The position numbers and the translations under genes were made by a program. Positions 47,085 to 57,430 of a stretch of DNA of 64,000 nt are shown piece after piece. The notes beneath the pieces are model-generated. The model had not been told where the DNA came from. It made no database searches and worked only from the letters and a program-made list of their open reading frames with translations. The stretch comes from a virus. The stretch's first letter is position 1, and the number at the start of each line of letters is the position of its first letter. The DNA lies in the IMG/VR virus record IMGVR_UViG_3300042988_000510, positions 26,101 to 90,100 of that record; one strand, written 5' to 3'.

Positions 47085-47683
47085 GCCAACTCCGGGATTA
47101 CCGTATCCAGCAGGGAGATAGCCTGCGTTCGATTGCCTATCGGCAGTACCACGACGCCAGTCGCTGGCGCGAAATCGCCGACCTGAACGGTCTGCGTTAC
47201 CCGCACGTTATCGACTCACTGAGCCCGTCAGATCGCCTACCGGGTACCGTCATCCTGGGTGACACCATCCGGCTGCGGACACCGGCTTATGCGCTGTCCG
47301 ATCCTCCGGCAAATGTCCTGTTCGGTCAAGACCTCAATCTGGATCGCGGATCGCTGCAGGCGGTTGATGGCGATCTGGCATTGACGGCTGGCATTGATAA
47401 TTTCCGGCAGTCCCTGCAGCACCGGGTCAAGACCTTAACGGGTGAACTGCTGTACTACCCGGCCTATGGCTGCAATGTGCAACTGGCCCTCGGCCTAAAG
47501 CTGGAGCCATTGATCACGCTGATGGGTGCGGCCTGGGTTCAGGAATCCCTGCGGCAGGAGACTCGACTATCATCCGTCGACCGCGTCATTGCCCAAGCGT
47601 CCGGGGATAGTCTTGAAGTGAGTGCCCACGTGACCGCTATCGGACAAAACACACCCGTTGATCTGAATTTAGTGGTGCCCTGA
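47081..47683 (+). CDS. LysM plus gp25-like baseplate wedge protein
   Basis: QQGDSLRSIA..WREIADLNGL (LysM-like) and GELLYYPAYG (gp25-like). Confidence 0.82.
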   Translation: MSQLRDYRIQQGDSLRSIAYRQYHDASRWREIADLNGLRYPHVIDSLSPSDRLPGTVILGDTIRLRTPAYALSDPPANVLFGQDLNLDRGSLQAVDGDLALTAGIDNFRQSLQHRVKTLTGELLYYPAYGCNVQLALGLKLEPLITLMGAAWVQESLRQETRLSSVDRVIAQASGDSLEVSAHVTAIGQNTPVDLNLVVP

Positions 47684-48780
47684 TGTATCAGCCCAAGGCG
47701 TTTTTTGACATCGCATCCGACATGGTGGAAGCCTGTCGGACATCCTCCGATGACCTGACCGATTTCAATATCGGCTCGGTTGTTCGGACCTTGCTGGAGG
47801 CGCACGCGACCGGCATCGAAGACCTCTATATCGCGTTCAGCCAGGGTGTGCAGGATGCCATTCCGGCCGCGCTTTATGCCGCCTTCGATTTTGAGCGGCT
47901 ACCGGCGGCGAATGCCCGGGGCAAGATTCGGGTGACTATTACCGGGTCGGTCGCGGATTTTGTACTGCCTGCTGGCTCGCGGTTATCCACGGCCGGCGGC
48001 GAGGCCAATTTCGAGACGGATGCCGAACTTACCATTCTGGCTGGCGAGACGGTCGGCGAAGTCTCTGCGGTGTGCATGACCAGTGGCGTGGTCGGCAATG
48101 TTCCGGCCAACACCATCACACTGTTGACTGGTGCAAGTCTGTCAGTGCTCGCAGTCACCAACCCGATTGCTTTCAGCCAGGGTTCGGACGTCGAAAGCGA
48201 TGCGCAGATGAAGGCGCGATTCCAGGCGTTTATTTCCTCGATTGCCCGCGCCACTCCGGCCAGTCTGGAGTATGCCGCCCGCGTCCAGAAAATATACAAC
48301 GACGACGGCACGATCCTTGAGCAAGTGGCCCGGGTAGCGATCCAGGAGTATGCAGGCTATGTCAGGTTGTTCATCTATAACGGGTCCGGGTCGACTTCAA
48401 ATGCGCTGGTGGATCAGGTGCAGAAGGCCATTGATGGCTACTACGACCCCACTACCGAAAGCACGGTCCCTGGTTATCGGGCTGCGGGTGTGTTTGTCTG
48501 GGTTGGCGCCATGGCTGAGAAGTCGGTATCTCTGACTGCGAGCGTCAATCTGTTGCCCGGCTACGGGCCGACTGCGACCATGGAAACGGCGGTCAGGACC
48601 GCTCTGGAGTATGCCATCCGCACCAGTCCGTCTGGTGAGCCACTGACCGTGGCCAAATTGCAAAATGCGGTCTTGGCTACCCCGGGTGTGCGTGACGTGC
48701 TGATTACCCCTGCGCAATCGATTGCCTGCGCGGCCAATGAGGCACTCATCCCTGGAACACTGACTATCCAATGGACCTGA
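47683..48780 (+). CDS. Baseplate J-like protein
   Basis: DFNIGSVVRTLLEA, GVVGNVPANTI and GSDVESD motifs. Confidence 0.9.
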   Translation: MYQPKAFFDIASDMVEACRTSSDDLTDFNIGSVVRTLLEAHATGIEDLYIAFSQGVQDAIPAALYAAFDFERLPAANARGKIRVTITGSVADFVLPAGSRLSTAGGEANFETDAELTILAGETVGEVSAVCMTSGVVGNVPANTITLLTGASLSVLAVTNPIAFSQGSDVESDAQMKARFQAFISSIARATPASLEYAARVQKIYNDDGTILEQVARVAIQEYAGYVRLFIYNGSGSTSNALVDQVQKAIDGYYDPTTESTVPGYRAAGVFVWVGAMAEKSVSLTASVNLLPGYGPTATMETAVRTALEYAIRTSPSGEPLTVAKLQNAVLATPGVRDVLITPAQSIACAANEALIPGTLTIQWT

Positions 48781-49787
48781 GAAAATCCACGCTCAGATAC
48801 CTGCACTCGGTTTTCGATGATGACCCGGGCGCGACCCTTGGGCTGACGGTCGAGAACGAGAGCGCATTTTCCTGGGCGGTGTCGGGCGAAACGCTGACGG
48901 TTGACGGGCAGGCCATCGTCCTTCGTGGCCATAGCCTGGCGGACACGGCACAGCATCTGCGTTCACTGGGTCTATCCGCATCCGTGCCTGCCGCACTGGA
49001 GTCCCGCAGCGCGGTGTCGCTGATCGACGGGGCGGGGCAGGGCACGACGGTTCAGCTGCAAGTACAGAACTCGATCCTGTGGGCGCTGAGTCTACCGGGC
49101 GCCTTGGCGCAGCTTGAAGGTCAGCGATTTATTACCGATGCACTGGCGCAACTCAATTTCATGACGGCCGGCGGCGGCTGGCTCGATCTGTGGGGCCGAT
49201 ATTTCGACGTGCCCCGGCTGGATGACCAGACGGACGCCGAGTATGCCGAGTTCATCAAGCGGGAAGTCTTGCGGCCGAGGTCCAGTGTGTTCGCCATCCA
49301 GACCGCCGTTCGGGACTGGACCGGGCGCAGCATTGTGATTCGGGAGCCTCATAAGGAGCTTTTCATCTGGGACAAGTCTCGCTGGGACGGTACCGATTCG
49401 CGTTGGCAGGACGGGCGTTTCTACACGTTCGGCACCTTCGAGCCCCGAGCGCCGATTGATGACTGGTCGTCCATCGTGCCCGTGATCCAGCGCAATCGCG
49501 CACTGGGAAGCGTCATGCTTCCTCCGGTTTGGGGCCTGGATGCAGTCGTGCTGACGATCAATCCAGGACCGATCCCGGTTGGGTTCTCTGGTCTGTCTGA
49601 AGTCAGGACGAGCACGGTTGACGGCGAACTGGCGGGCAATGCAGGTGCTGGCATGGCTATCACGCAATCCGTACCCGTGTTTCCTCCGGCCGCCCGCTGG
49701 ACTGATGTCGGCGCATGGGATACCCGAACCTGGCAGCAGGGCGCGAACCCCTATGGCGTGGGCGTAGCCATCAGCAGTTCGTCGTGA
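48771..49787 (+). CDS. Baseplate wedge (gpI-like) protein
   Basis: TAGGGWLDLWGRYFDVPR..QTDAEY. Confidence 0.8.
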   Translation: MDLRKSTLRYLHSVFDDDPGATLGLTVENESAFSWAVSGETLTVDGQAIVLRGHSLADTAQHLRSLGLSASVPAALESRSAVSLIDGAGQGTTVQLQVQNSILWALSLPGALAQLEGQRFITDALAQLNFMTAGGGWLDLWGRYFDVPRLDDQTDAEYAEFIKREVLRPRSSVFAIQTAVRDWTGRSIVIREPHKELFIWDKSRWDGTDSRWQDGRFYTFGTFEPRAPIDDWSSIVPVIQRNRALGSVMLPPVWGLDAVVLTINPGPIPVGFSGLSEVRTSTVDGELAGNAGAGMAITQSVPVFPPAARWTDVGAWDTRTWQQGANPYGVGVAISSSS

Positions 49788-49803
49788 CGGCATCCTGAGC
49801 ACA
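49782..49803 (+). promoter_or_regulatory. Late-promoter motif (TCGTGAC-GGC-ATCCTG)
   Basis: CAT at offset +20 to +22. Confidence 0.75.
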
Positions 49804-49822
49804 TCACCACTCAGGACGTATC

Positions 49823-50311
49823 ATGGCATCAGTATTTCCCGACGTAGGCCGGGCCTTTCTAGCTCAGGCAGCAAAACTACAGGCCAGCAACATCTATGTA
49901 GCGATGGGCAGCGGTTCGGCCGGATGGGACACGACCATGGTCGACCCCACAACCGGGCTGACTGCATTGCAGGCCGAGATTGGTCGGCGGCCTGTGTATC
50001 GAGTCGCGTATGCCGCAACCACGGGCAGCGGTTCACCGATTGTCACTGACCTGGGTACTTTCTACGAGACGGCGACCCCAACCAACTACCTTTACGTCCT
50101 GGGTCAGTTCGAGTATGCCGATGGCGCCGACGAAACCATGCGTGAGATTGGGATTTTCGGCGGCGTGACTGTGCAGGCCGGGCAAGAGGGCAATTTCGTG
50201 TCAGGGGCGCAAGTCACCAATGCCGGCCGACTGATGGCCGTGACCCGGTTCGAGGGCATCGTCAAATCGCCGACGCTGAAATACAGCTTCGAGTTCGTGA
50301 TTGAGCTATGA
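49823..50311 (+). CDS. Baseplate/tail-collar protein
   Basis: AMGSG..LQAEIGRR..MREIGIF motifs. Confidence 0.75.
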   Translation: MASVFPDVGRAFLAQAAKLQASNIYVAMGSGSAGWDTTMVDPTTGLTALQAEIGRRPVYRVAYAATTGSGSPIVTDLGTFYETATPTNYLYVLGQFEYADGADETMREIGIFGGVTVQAGQEGNFVSGAQVTNAGRLMAVTRFEGIVKSPTLKYSFEFVIEL

Positions 50312-52368
50312 GCACTATCCCCGGCACCGACCTGACCGTCCCGGCCGATTACTACAATCGGCATGATGACGCTGCGCATTACGATGAGCATCTGCTAATT
50401 GCTGGGCGCATCGGCCAGTCTGCCGAAATCAACGAGATTCAGTCTCGGGTTAAAGCACGGATTAAGGGCCTGGGCGACCATTTGCTCAAGGATGGTGACA
50501 TCAAGTCCGGCGGCGACATTATTGTCACGTCGACAACAGGCGGCATTGCTCAGATCGCGGCCGAAGCGGCGGAAATCTGGCTAGACGGCGCTGAGCGCAG
50601 CATCCCGGCGCGAAGTTTCGGTGTCCCGGCGACAGGCACGATTGAGATTGGCGTCTGGCTGCTGCGATCCATCGTCGATTACGATGTCGACCCAAGCCTG
50701 CGTGATCCCGCCATTGGGCTGCGACTATCCGGCGAACCCGGGGCGGCGCGATTGAAAGTGCAGCCAACCTGGGGCCATGCCGGCGACGGGCAGGCTGGCG
50801 AGTTTTATGCCGTGCATCGACTGGTCGAAGGTGTCTTGCTGGCCCGATCGCAGACGCCTGAATCGAATGCCGTAGCCACGGCCATTGCCCGCTATGACCG
50901 GCAGTCCACCGGTGGATCGTATGTCGTGTCCGGTTTTCGGCTGACGGCAACCCCAGACGGCACGGAACTGGCGCAGACCTATGCACTCTCGGCCGGCACT
51001 GCGCGGGTAGCCGGGATTGAAATCATCGCCTCCGGCGGGCAGTACATCCAGTTTGAGGGCTTGCCGGATGTCGAGACTATCGATGAGGAGCGATACGATT
51101 CGGACGGCACATCCGGCCAGACCATCAAGGTGCGACATGGGCCGATTGCCGCACTCAACCGGGTCAGTGTCACCAAGTCGGTGGTGGAAGAGTCTGTCAC
51201 TCGCTCGGTCAATGCCAATGATCCATTATCAAAGACCAGCGTGATCGCGGTATCCGAGGTCAAGCAAGGCGGGACCACCTACGTTGCTGGTGTCAACTAT
51301 TCGCTGTCGAATGACGGAATCACATGGCTGTCCGGTGGGCCGACCACGGGCACCACGTACACCGTCAGTTTCACCTACGCCAAGAACGTCACCAGCACAG
51401 CGACAATCTCTGCCGACAACCTGGGTGTCGTCATCCCTGAGACAAATGTCTCCGGCGCCAACCTGATCGAAATTGGCTACGACTACTCGCTACCTCGGAT
51501 TGACCGCATCTGCATCGACACAGACGGCCAGTGGCGACTGTTGCGCGGTATTTCTGCGCGGTTTGGCTCGACGCCGGCCGTAACTGAGGTTCCCAGCACT
51601 ATGCTGGGGATTGCCAGCATCTACCAGACCTGGATTCCTGGCGCGAGGCGTGTCATCAATGACGCCGAGAAAGTGGTGTCCATGGCGAGACTGGAAGCGC
51701 ATGACCGCGACATCCAGACGCTCTACCAACTCATTTCGGCCAACAACCTGAGCAACGACCTGGCGGCCTTTTCGGCGCGGGAGCCCTTGGGGCGGCGCGG
51801 CATTTTTGTCGATCCGCTGCTGAACGATCTGAGTCGGGATATTGGTGTGACGCAGACCGCACAAATCACGGGCGGCACGCTGACGCTTGGCGTGTCTGTG
51901 ACCGTGACTGATGTCAGTCTGCCCGGCCTAATCACGCTGGCGCCATCCGGGTTTGTGCATCGTGTTGAGCAGCCGCTGTCGTCCAGCAATATGCAGATCA
52001 ACCCGTATCTAGTGTATCTGCCGGTGGCATCGTATGCCGACCTGAGCCCGTCCTTCGATTATTACGCCGAGGACAGGGAGTCCATCTTGGACCCTGCCTA
52101 CGTTGATGTCTACCGGTATCGGTACGGCAACCCGCACGGCTGGACGCCGGAACTCAAAGCGGAATACAAGGAAGTGGGGTACATCCGGGAAAAACTGATC
52201 GGCGAGGAAAGCACTGGCGAGACAATCACGACAACGCGCACCGAGGATGCGCGGTACATGCGCGGCCTGAGCGTGAATTTCACTCTGCGCCGATGGTCGC
52301 CGTCCGAGAATCTGGTCACCGTCAAGATTGATGGGCGCGAAGTTGATTTTGCAGAGCGAGACGCATGA
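50308..52368 (+). CDS. DUF4815-like baseplate protein, N-terminal part
   Basis: YYNR, QSAEINEIQS, LPRIDRI and GIFVDPL motifs. Confidence 0.75.
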   Translation: MSTIPGTDLTVPADYYNRHDDAAHYDEHLLIAGRIGQSAEINEIQSRVKARIKGLGDHLLKDGDIKSGGDIIVTSTTGGIAQIAAEAAEIWLDGAERSIPARSFGVPATGTIEIGVWLLRSIVDYDVDPSLRDPAIGLRLSGEPGAARLKVQPTWGHAGDGQAGEFYAVHRLVEGVLLARSQTPESNAVATAIARYDRQSTGGSYVVSGFRLTATPDGTELAQTYALSAGTARVAGIEIIASGGQYIQFEGLPDVETIDEERYDSDGTSGQTIKVRHGPIAALNRVSVTKSVVEESVTRSVNANDPLSKTSVIAVSEVKQGGTTYVAGVNYSLSNDGITWLSGGPTTGTTYTVSFTYAKNVTSTATISADNLGVVIPETNVSGANLIEIGYDYSLPRIDRICIDTDGQWRLLRGISARFGSTPAVTEVPSTMLGIASIYQTWIPGARRVINDAEKVVSMARLEAHDRDIQTLYQLISANNLSNDLAAFSAREPLGRRGIFVDPLLNDLSRDIGVTQTAQITGGTLTLGVSVTVTDVSLPGLITLAPSGFVHRVEQPLSSSNMQINPYLVYLPVASYADLSPSFDYYAEDRESILDPAYVDVYRYRYGNPHGWTPELKAEYKEVGYIREKLIGEESTGETITTTRTEDARYMRGLSVNFTLRRWSPSENLVTVKIDGREVDFAERDA

Positions 52369-54170
52369 GCACACCTATCCAGGCCGATAGCGACGGCATC
52401 ATCAATGGCACGCTGACCATTCCCGGCGGCATCATTCCCGTCGGGTCCAAGAAAGTCGAGTTTTTTGGCGGCGCTGACCCGGACCCCAGTTACGCGGCGG
52501 CGCAGTTTGTGTCGGCCGGGGTCATCACTGTCACACAACGGCAGCAGGTTATTCGGCGCGTATGGGAACGGCTCAGGGCCAAGACTGGCGCAATTTTTGT
52601 GCAGCAGGGGGCCTACATTGACCCACTAGCGCAATCTTTCGCGGTACCGGCCGCCTGCCAACTCAGTTACGCTGACCTCTGGTTCGATGTCGCCAAAGGT
52701 GGCAGCGATGTTGTGATCCAAATCCGCGACATGATCAATGGCTACCCTGGCCCGCAAGTCATGGCCGAGTCTATTCTGTCTCCGGATCAGATCATCCTGG
52801 CCAGGGACGCATCCGGCAATGACCTGTCGGGCGTGCGTGACTTGATCCTGACCAATCGTGGGTCCGGCGGCACTGACGGCACATACAATCTGTCTTTCAC
52901 GGGCGGCGGCGGCAGTGGCGCGGCCGGCACCTACCGCGTCGTCGACGGGCGCGTGGTCGACATGACTATCACCGCTCACGGGCTGGGCTACACCAGCGCA
53001 CCGACTGTCGGCTTCCCGTCAGTTGGCCTGGTCGGCGCGGCTGGCACGGCCACCATTGGCAATTTCACCCGGTTCAGATTCCCGCCCATTACCGCCGTGC
53101 CTGACATGCAGTATTGCATCGTTGCCATGTGCAATGACGCGGTGTGGCGCTTGCGTGTGGCTGGCTTGGGCGAAGTAGACGGCCCAACACAGCAACGCAT
53201 CAGTGCGCAGCCGTATATCGTCGGCGTGCTGTTTTCCAGTTCAAACAACCAGACGTGGACTGCGCATCAGGACAAGGACCTGCAGTTCCGACTAGGCGGT
53301 CCCTCGCATACCGTCACCACGCGCACGGTGCGACTCTCTCCGCAAGGCAAGCTGACTTCGGCGACGATTGCCGCAGCGGGGGCGAATGGCACCAATGGCA
53401 CGTTCCCGCTAGAAATCACCGGAACCGGTCTAGGCGCCAAGGGCACGTTCACTGTGTCCGGACAATCTGTCACGGCCATTGATATCACCGAACCGGGTAG
53501 CGGCTACACTGCCGGGACCACGCTGGGGCTTGACGCATCGGCGGGTCTGACCGGGGCAGCGGCAACGGCCGTGTTGACCGACTATCCTGTCACCAACTGC
53601 GATTACATCGGCCTGATGGGCGCCATGGACCTGCCCAGCAACGACACGTCGATCCAGTTCAGGGCCACCCTACCGACCGCCGAGACCGTCAATCTGACAC
53701 TCAACGATTTCACATTGCTGCCCTCGCGCATCACCGGCAACATCGTGATCGAGGCTATCCTGACCGGCACCGAGTCACTGACGCCGGTCCTGTACCCGGA
53801 CCTGCAGATTCTGGCCGGCACCACTAATCTTTCCTCGGTCTACGAAAGCCGGACAGTCAATATCACCAAGCGATCAGGTAGCACCGCACCGACCAAGGTG
53901 GTCCTGCTTTACGACTGGCGGGCTCCCGGCGGCGCCACAGTGACGGCGGAAGTGCGGGATGATGAAAATGACGCATGGGTCCCTCTGGTATTAGATGATA
54001 CAGCCGGGCTGTTGCCGATGGCAGACGACTGGAGTGAGCGACTGTTGACGATTGACGACCTGGATACCGCCAACACCAGTACCAAGCTCCGCATCACCCT
54101 GACCGGGACCGCATGGGCTAGGCCGGAGATTCGTAGGCTCAGACTGATTTGTCAGGAGAACACACCCTGA
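52365..54170 (+). CDS. Baseplate/virion protein, C-terminal partner of the DUF4815-like protein
   Basis: DPLAQSF, NGYPG, LFSSSNNQTWTAHQDKDLQF and GxGYTSAPTV modules. Confidence 0.75.
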   Translation: MSTPIQADSDGIINGTLTIPGGIIPVGSKKVEFFGGADPDPSYAAAQFVSAGVITVTQRQQVIRRVWERLRAKTGAIFVQQGAYIDPLAQSFAVPAACQLSYADLWFDVAKGGSDVVIQIRDMINGYPGPQVMAESILSPDQIILARDASGNDLSGVRDLILTNRGSGGTDGTYNLSFTGGGGSGAAGTYRVVDGRVVDMTITAHGLGYTSAPTVGFPSVGLVGAAGTATIGNFTRFRFPPITAVPDMQYCIVAMCNDAVWRLRVAGLGEVDGPTQQRISAQPYIVGVLFSSSNNQTWTAHQDKDLQFRLGGPSHTVTTRTVRLSPQGKLTSATIAAAGANGTNGTFPLEITGTGLGAKGTFTVSGQSVTAIDITEPGSGYTAGTTLGLDASAGLTGAAATAVLTDYPVTNCDYIGLMGAMDLPSNDTSIQFRATLPTAETVNLTLNDFTLLPSRITGNIVIEAILTGTESLTPVLYPDLQILAGTTNLSSVYESRTVNITKRSGSTAPTKVVLLYDWRAPGGATVTAEVRDDENDAWVPLVLDDTAGLLPMADDWSERLLTIDDLDTANTSTKLRITLTGTAWARPEIRRLRLICQENTP

Positions 54171-55294
54171 TGGCTGACACCACCACCAACCTTTCGGCGC
54201 CCAAGCCGATAGCATCGAATCAGCTTTCGACCGATGTTGACCGGCTCAGAACGGCGCTAGACACCCTGGACACGGCGATTGCCACCAAGGCGGCCACGAG
54301 CGCCCTGACTGCGCATATCGCGCTGAAAAACCCGCACGGGGCGGCGGCGGCCGACGTGGGCGCGGTCCCGGCGCTCTCGAATGCCGTCACCGATGACTAT
54401 CTGGGCAATCGCACTGCGAACCCCGATCTTGCGCCCTCGGGTAGCGTCGGTAATTTGACGCAGTGGGTGAGTTGGTTCGCCAATCGCATCAAGACCGTCA
54501 CCGGCAAGGCGTCATGGCTGGATGCCCCGGCCACCACGCTCGAAGCGGCGGCCAGTCATGCGGCATCCCAGTCCAACCCGCACGGCACGACTGCAGCACA
54601 GATCGGGGCGCTGGCCAACGTAGCGAATGTCGTCAATGACACGCTCATCGGCAGCCGAACCGTCAACCAGGCACTGGCGAGCCCGGCCAACACCGGTACG
54701 CTGACGCAGATTGTGTCCTGGTTCGCCGGGCGCATTGTCGCCATCACCGGCCGCACCAACTGGTTTGAGGCTCCCGCTATCACGCTGGCATCGACATCAA
54801 ATCACGTTTCCAACACGTCCAACCCGCACGCGACCACGGCGGCGCAAGTCGGGGCTCCCACGACTGCAGGTGTCGGCGCCACCGGAACCTGGGGTATAAG
54901 TATCAGCGGATCGGCCGCATCAGCGGCTGCCTGCTCTGGCAATGCCGCCACTGCGACCAGTCTCGCTACGGCCCGGACCATCAACGGGGTGTCTTTTGAT
55001 GGGTCGCAAAACATCACCATCACAATGATCAAGTCAATCCAGCGCGGACAAAGCCCCGGCACAGCCAATCGCACGGTCACAATTACGGCGGTTGATCCGG
55101 AGAAGTCGGTAGTGATTGCGAACTGCGCAACCGGGGGATACACGGACAGTGGGAGTTACCAGGCGACCGATGCACAGGTTCTCGATGGCTGCTACTTATT
55201 GAACAGCACGACACTGCAAATTATCGCTGGCAACAGGTTGGGGGCAAATTTGGCTTCAGCAACCGTATGCTGGCAGGTCGTTGAGTACATGTGA
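54170..55294 (+). CDS. Tail fibre protein
   Basis: NPHxxTAAQVGA repeats, TARTINGVSFDGSQNI, C-terminal IKSIQRG..WQVVEY. Confidence 0.85.
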   Translation: MADTTTNLSAPKPIASNQLSTDVDRLRTALDTLDTAIATKAATSALTAHIALKNPHGAAAADVGAVPALSNAVTDDYLGNRTANPDLAPSGSVGNLTQWVSWFANRIKTVTGKASWLDAPATTLEAAASHAASQSNPHGTTAAQIGALANVANVVNDTLIGSRTVNQALASPANTGTLTQIVSWFAGRIVAITGRTNWFEAPAITLASTSNHVSNTSNPHATTAAQVGAPTTAGVGATGTWGISISGSAASAAACSGNAATATSLATARTINGVSFDGSQNITITMIKSIQRGQSPGTANRTVTITAVDPEKSVVIANCATGGYTDSGSYQATDAQVLDGCYLLNSTTLQIIAGNRLGANLASATVCWQVVEYM

Positions 55295-55337
55295 TCGTGT
55301 TCGGGTAAAGTAGCGCGAAACTCAGCGACAGTTTTTG

Positions 55338-55576
55338 TGGACCATATACTGGACCATATTGCAGACCAAGATAAAGTATTTTGTTTGAAATCAGAGACTT
55401 ATGACAGAAAGACTGCTTGTGATCGATAAATAGGATACGGATTTTCCGGTTTATTCTGACGGAAACCGGGACCACGAAAGCCGCGCCGCGCAAGGGTTGC
55501 GGCTTTTTTGTTGGTCAAAATCCGTCAGAACGACATAGAATTAGTCATGGTGGATGCGTACCACAGCACGTACCAC
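55338..55576. other. Putative intact attP region
   Basis: Paired direct repeats with 12-bp period on both sides (TGGACCATAT at 55338 and 55350; CGTACCAC at 55557 and 55569); IHF-like AATCAGAGACTTA at 55389; AT-rich; adjacent to the integrase start. Confidence 0.7.
55477..55509 (+). terminator. Terminator-like hairpin
   Basis: AAAGCCGC...GCGGCTTTTTT. Confidence 0.6.
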
Positions 55577-55601
55577 GCCGCTGCCTGACTCAAAATGTCC
55601 C

Positions 55602-56768
55602 ATGCCGCTGACCGACACGCAAATCCGCAACGCCAGGCCCCAAGACAAGCCTATCCAGCTAGTCGACGGGTTTGGGTTGTATCTCGAAGTCCGGCCCACG
55701 GGCGCCCGGCACTGGCGGATGCGCTACCGGCTGGATGGCAAGGAGTCTCGCATCTCCATCGGGCAGTACCCGCTCATGAGCCTCAAGGATGCGCGTGCTG
55801 AGCGTGAGCGCATACGAGCACTGCTGGCCGAGGGTATCAGCCCTATCGAGGAAAAACGGGCCGAGAAAGCCATCAGGCGCAAGCAGGCGCGGGACACGTT
55901 CGAGCAAATCGCCCGGGAGTGGCTGGACCGCCGGGCTGGCAAGTGGACGCCGTACTATCAGAAGGGTGTGCTGTCGTGCCTGGAGCAGAATGCGTTTCCG
56001 GCTATCGGCTCGCTCCCGATCCGGCGGGTGACTTCGGCGCACATCCTGTCAATCTTGCAGGCCATGGAGGAACGTGGGGTCCACACGTATGCGATCCAGC
56101 TTCGGCAGTGGATCAGCGCCATTTTCCGGCATGCGATTGTCACGCTCCGGGCCGACGTTGACCCGGCGGCGCCATTGAAGGGTGCCATTGACCGGCCGGT
56201 GATCCAGCATGCCAGATGCCTATCGCGGGAAGAGATCGATGCTTTTCGGGAGGCTGTGGATGCTTACAAGGGCAACCGCACCACGGTCTTGGCTCTCAAG
56301 TTATTGCTCTACACCTTCGTCAGAACTATCGAGGCCAGGACGGCGCGGTGGGAGGATATTCAGGGCGGCTTGTGGGTTATCCCTGCGGGCCGGATGAAGA
56401 TGCGGCGCACGCACTCTGTCCCACTATCAAAGCAGGCACGGGCGGTTATCGATGAGTTGCGGACCATCACTGGCAGCAATCAATGGCTGTTCCCAGGGAC
56501 CCGCGATCCCACGACCCACATGAGCGGGACCACGGTCAACCGGGCGCTGGAGTATATGGGTGTGGCTGCGACTGGGCATGACTTCCGGGCCACGGCGTCC
56601 ACATGGCTGAACGAGATGGGCTTTCGGCTGGATGTGATCGAGCGGCAGTTAGCCCACGTCGAGGCCAATCAGACCCGTCGCGCATATAACCACGCTTTGT
56701 ACCTGGATGAGCGGCGCGACATGATGCAGAAGTGGGCTGACTGGGTGGACTCAAGCTGCGCGGTTTAG
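55602..56768 (+). CDS. P4-type tyrosine integrase
   Basis: MPLTDTQIRNA..DGFGLYL arm-binding domain; catalytic residues in FVRTIE, HDFR, QLAH and RAYNH. Confidence 0.95.
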   Translation: MPLTDTQIRNARPQDKPIQLVDGFGLYLEVRPTGARHWRMRYRLDGKESRISIGQYPLMSLKDARAERERIRALLAEGISPIEEKRAEKAIRRKQARDTFEQIAREWLDRRAGKWTPYYQKGVLSCLEQNAFPAIGSLPIRRVTSAHILSILQAMEERGVHTYAIQLRQWISAIFRHAIVTLRADVDPAAPLKGAIDRPVIQHARCLSREEIDAFREAVDAYKGNRTTVLALKLLLYTFVRTIEARTARWEDIQGGLWVIPAGRMKMRRTHSVPLSKQARAVIDELRTITGSNQWLFPGTRDPTTHMSGTTVNRALEYMGVAATGHDFRATASTWLNEMGFRLDVIERQLAHVEANQTRRAYNHALYLDERRDMMQKWADWVDSSCAV

Positions 56769-56942
56769 CCGGACCTGCTCGGCAATCCACTCCTGTACTT
56801 CGGAGAGTAGCCAGCGCGGATGACCTGTGCCATGCGGCCGAATCGGTTGGGGGAATTTCTTCTGGGCAACCCATTCGTCGATTTTGGTGTTGCCGTACCC
56901 GATCATGTCGGACACGTCAGAGATTTTAAGCAGTCGCTCCAT
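56751..56942 (-). CDS. AlpA-family excisionase
   Basis: RLLKISDV..FPQPI..RWLLSEVQEWI; convergent with the integrase. Confidence 0.9.
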   Translation of the reverse strand: MERLLKISDVSDMIGYGNTKIDEWVAQKKFPQPIRPHGTGHPRWLLSEVQEWIAEQVRLNRAA

Positions 56943-57204
56943 TCTGCCTCCTCACCGCGAGCAGTCGGTATTTCCCGGTCGGCAGCTTTTTTGCTGCGTC
57001 AAGCAGGCCGATAATTGCCTTGCCTGATATCTCAAAATCGCCTCCTTCAATGGCATCTTGCTTATCGGCCTCTGCTTCCAACCGATCAATCAATCCCTGG
57101 CTGGCCTGCCTAACAGCACCATCCCATTCGTCCGGGAATCCAGAATTGAGAAAGTTTTGTAAAGCGCAGGCAGCTTCTTGCAATAACTCACGATTGCTCA
57201 TCAT
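56926..57204 (-). CDS. Hypothetical protein (NRELL family)
   Basis: Coupled leftward ORF. Confidence 0.65.
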   Translation of the reverse strand: MMSNRELLQEAACALQNFLNSGFPDEWDGAVRQASQGLIDRLEAEADKQDAIEGGDFEISGKAIIGLLDAAKKLPTGKYRLLAVRRQNGATA

Positions 57205-57430
57205 CCAACCTCACGGCGTAAAGATTGTATCTTCCACTTTCAAGGCCATCCGTCATCCATCGGTTAGTTAGGATTCCGTTTTTAAGCTCAATCCAGCCAC
57301 GCACCACCGGCTCCGGCTTGGCCAGTTCGGCGCGTATCTCATCCAGCAAATCCCAGTCTGCCACGTCAACCATCCGGCAATCTTCCATCGCATTTAGCGC
57401 CCAATGCAACAACTCACGTTCACGATTCAT
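57188..57430 (-). CDS. Hypothetical protein (RELL..AL..IRAEL family)
   Basis: Coupled leftward ORF. Confidence 0.7.
   Translation of the reverse strand: MNRERELLHWALNAMEDCRMVDVADWDLLDEIRAELAKPEPVVRGWIELKNGILTNRWMTDGLESGRYNLYAVRLDDEQS

Noticed and set aside
54170-55600. Diversity-generating retroelement or invertible tail-fibre cassette
   Set aside because: No reverse transcriptase or invertase, and no template/variable repeat pair seen
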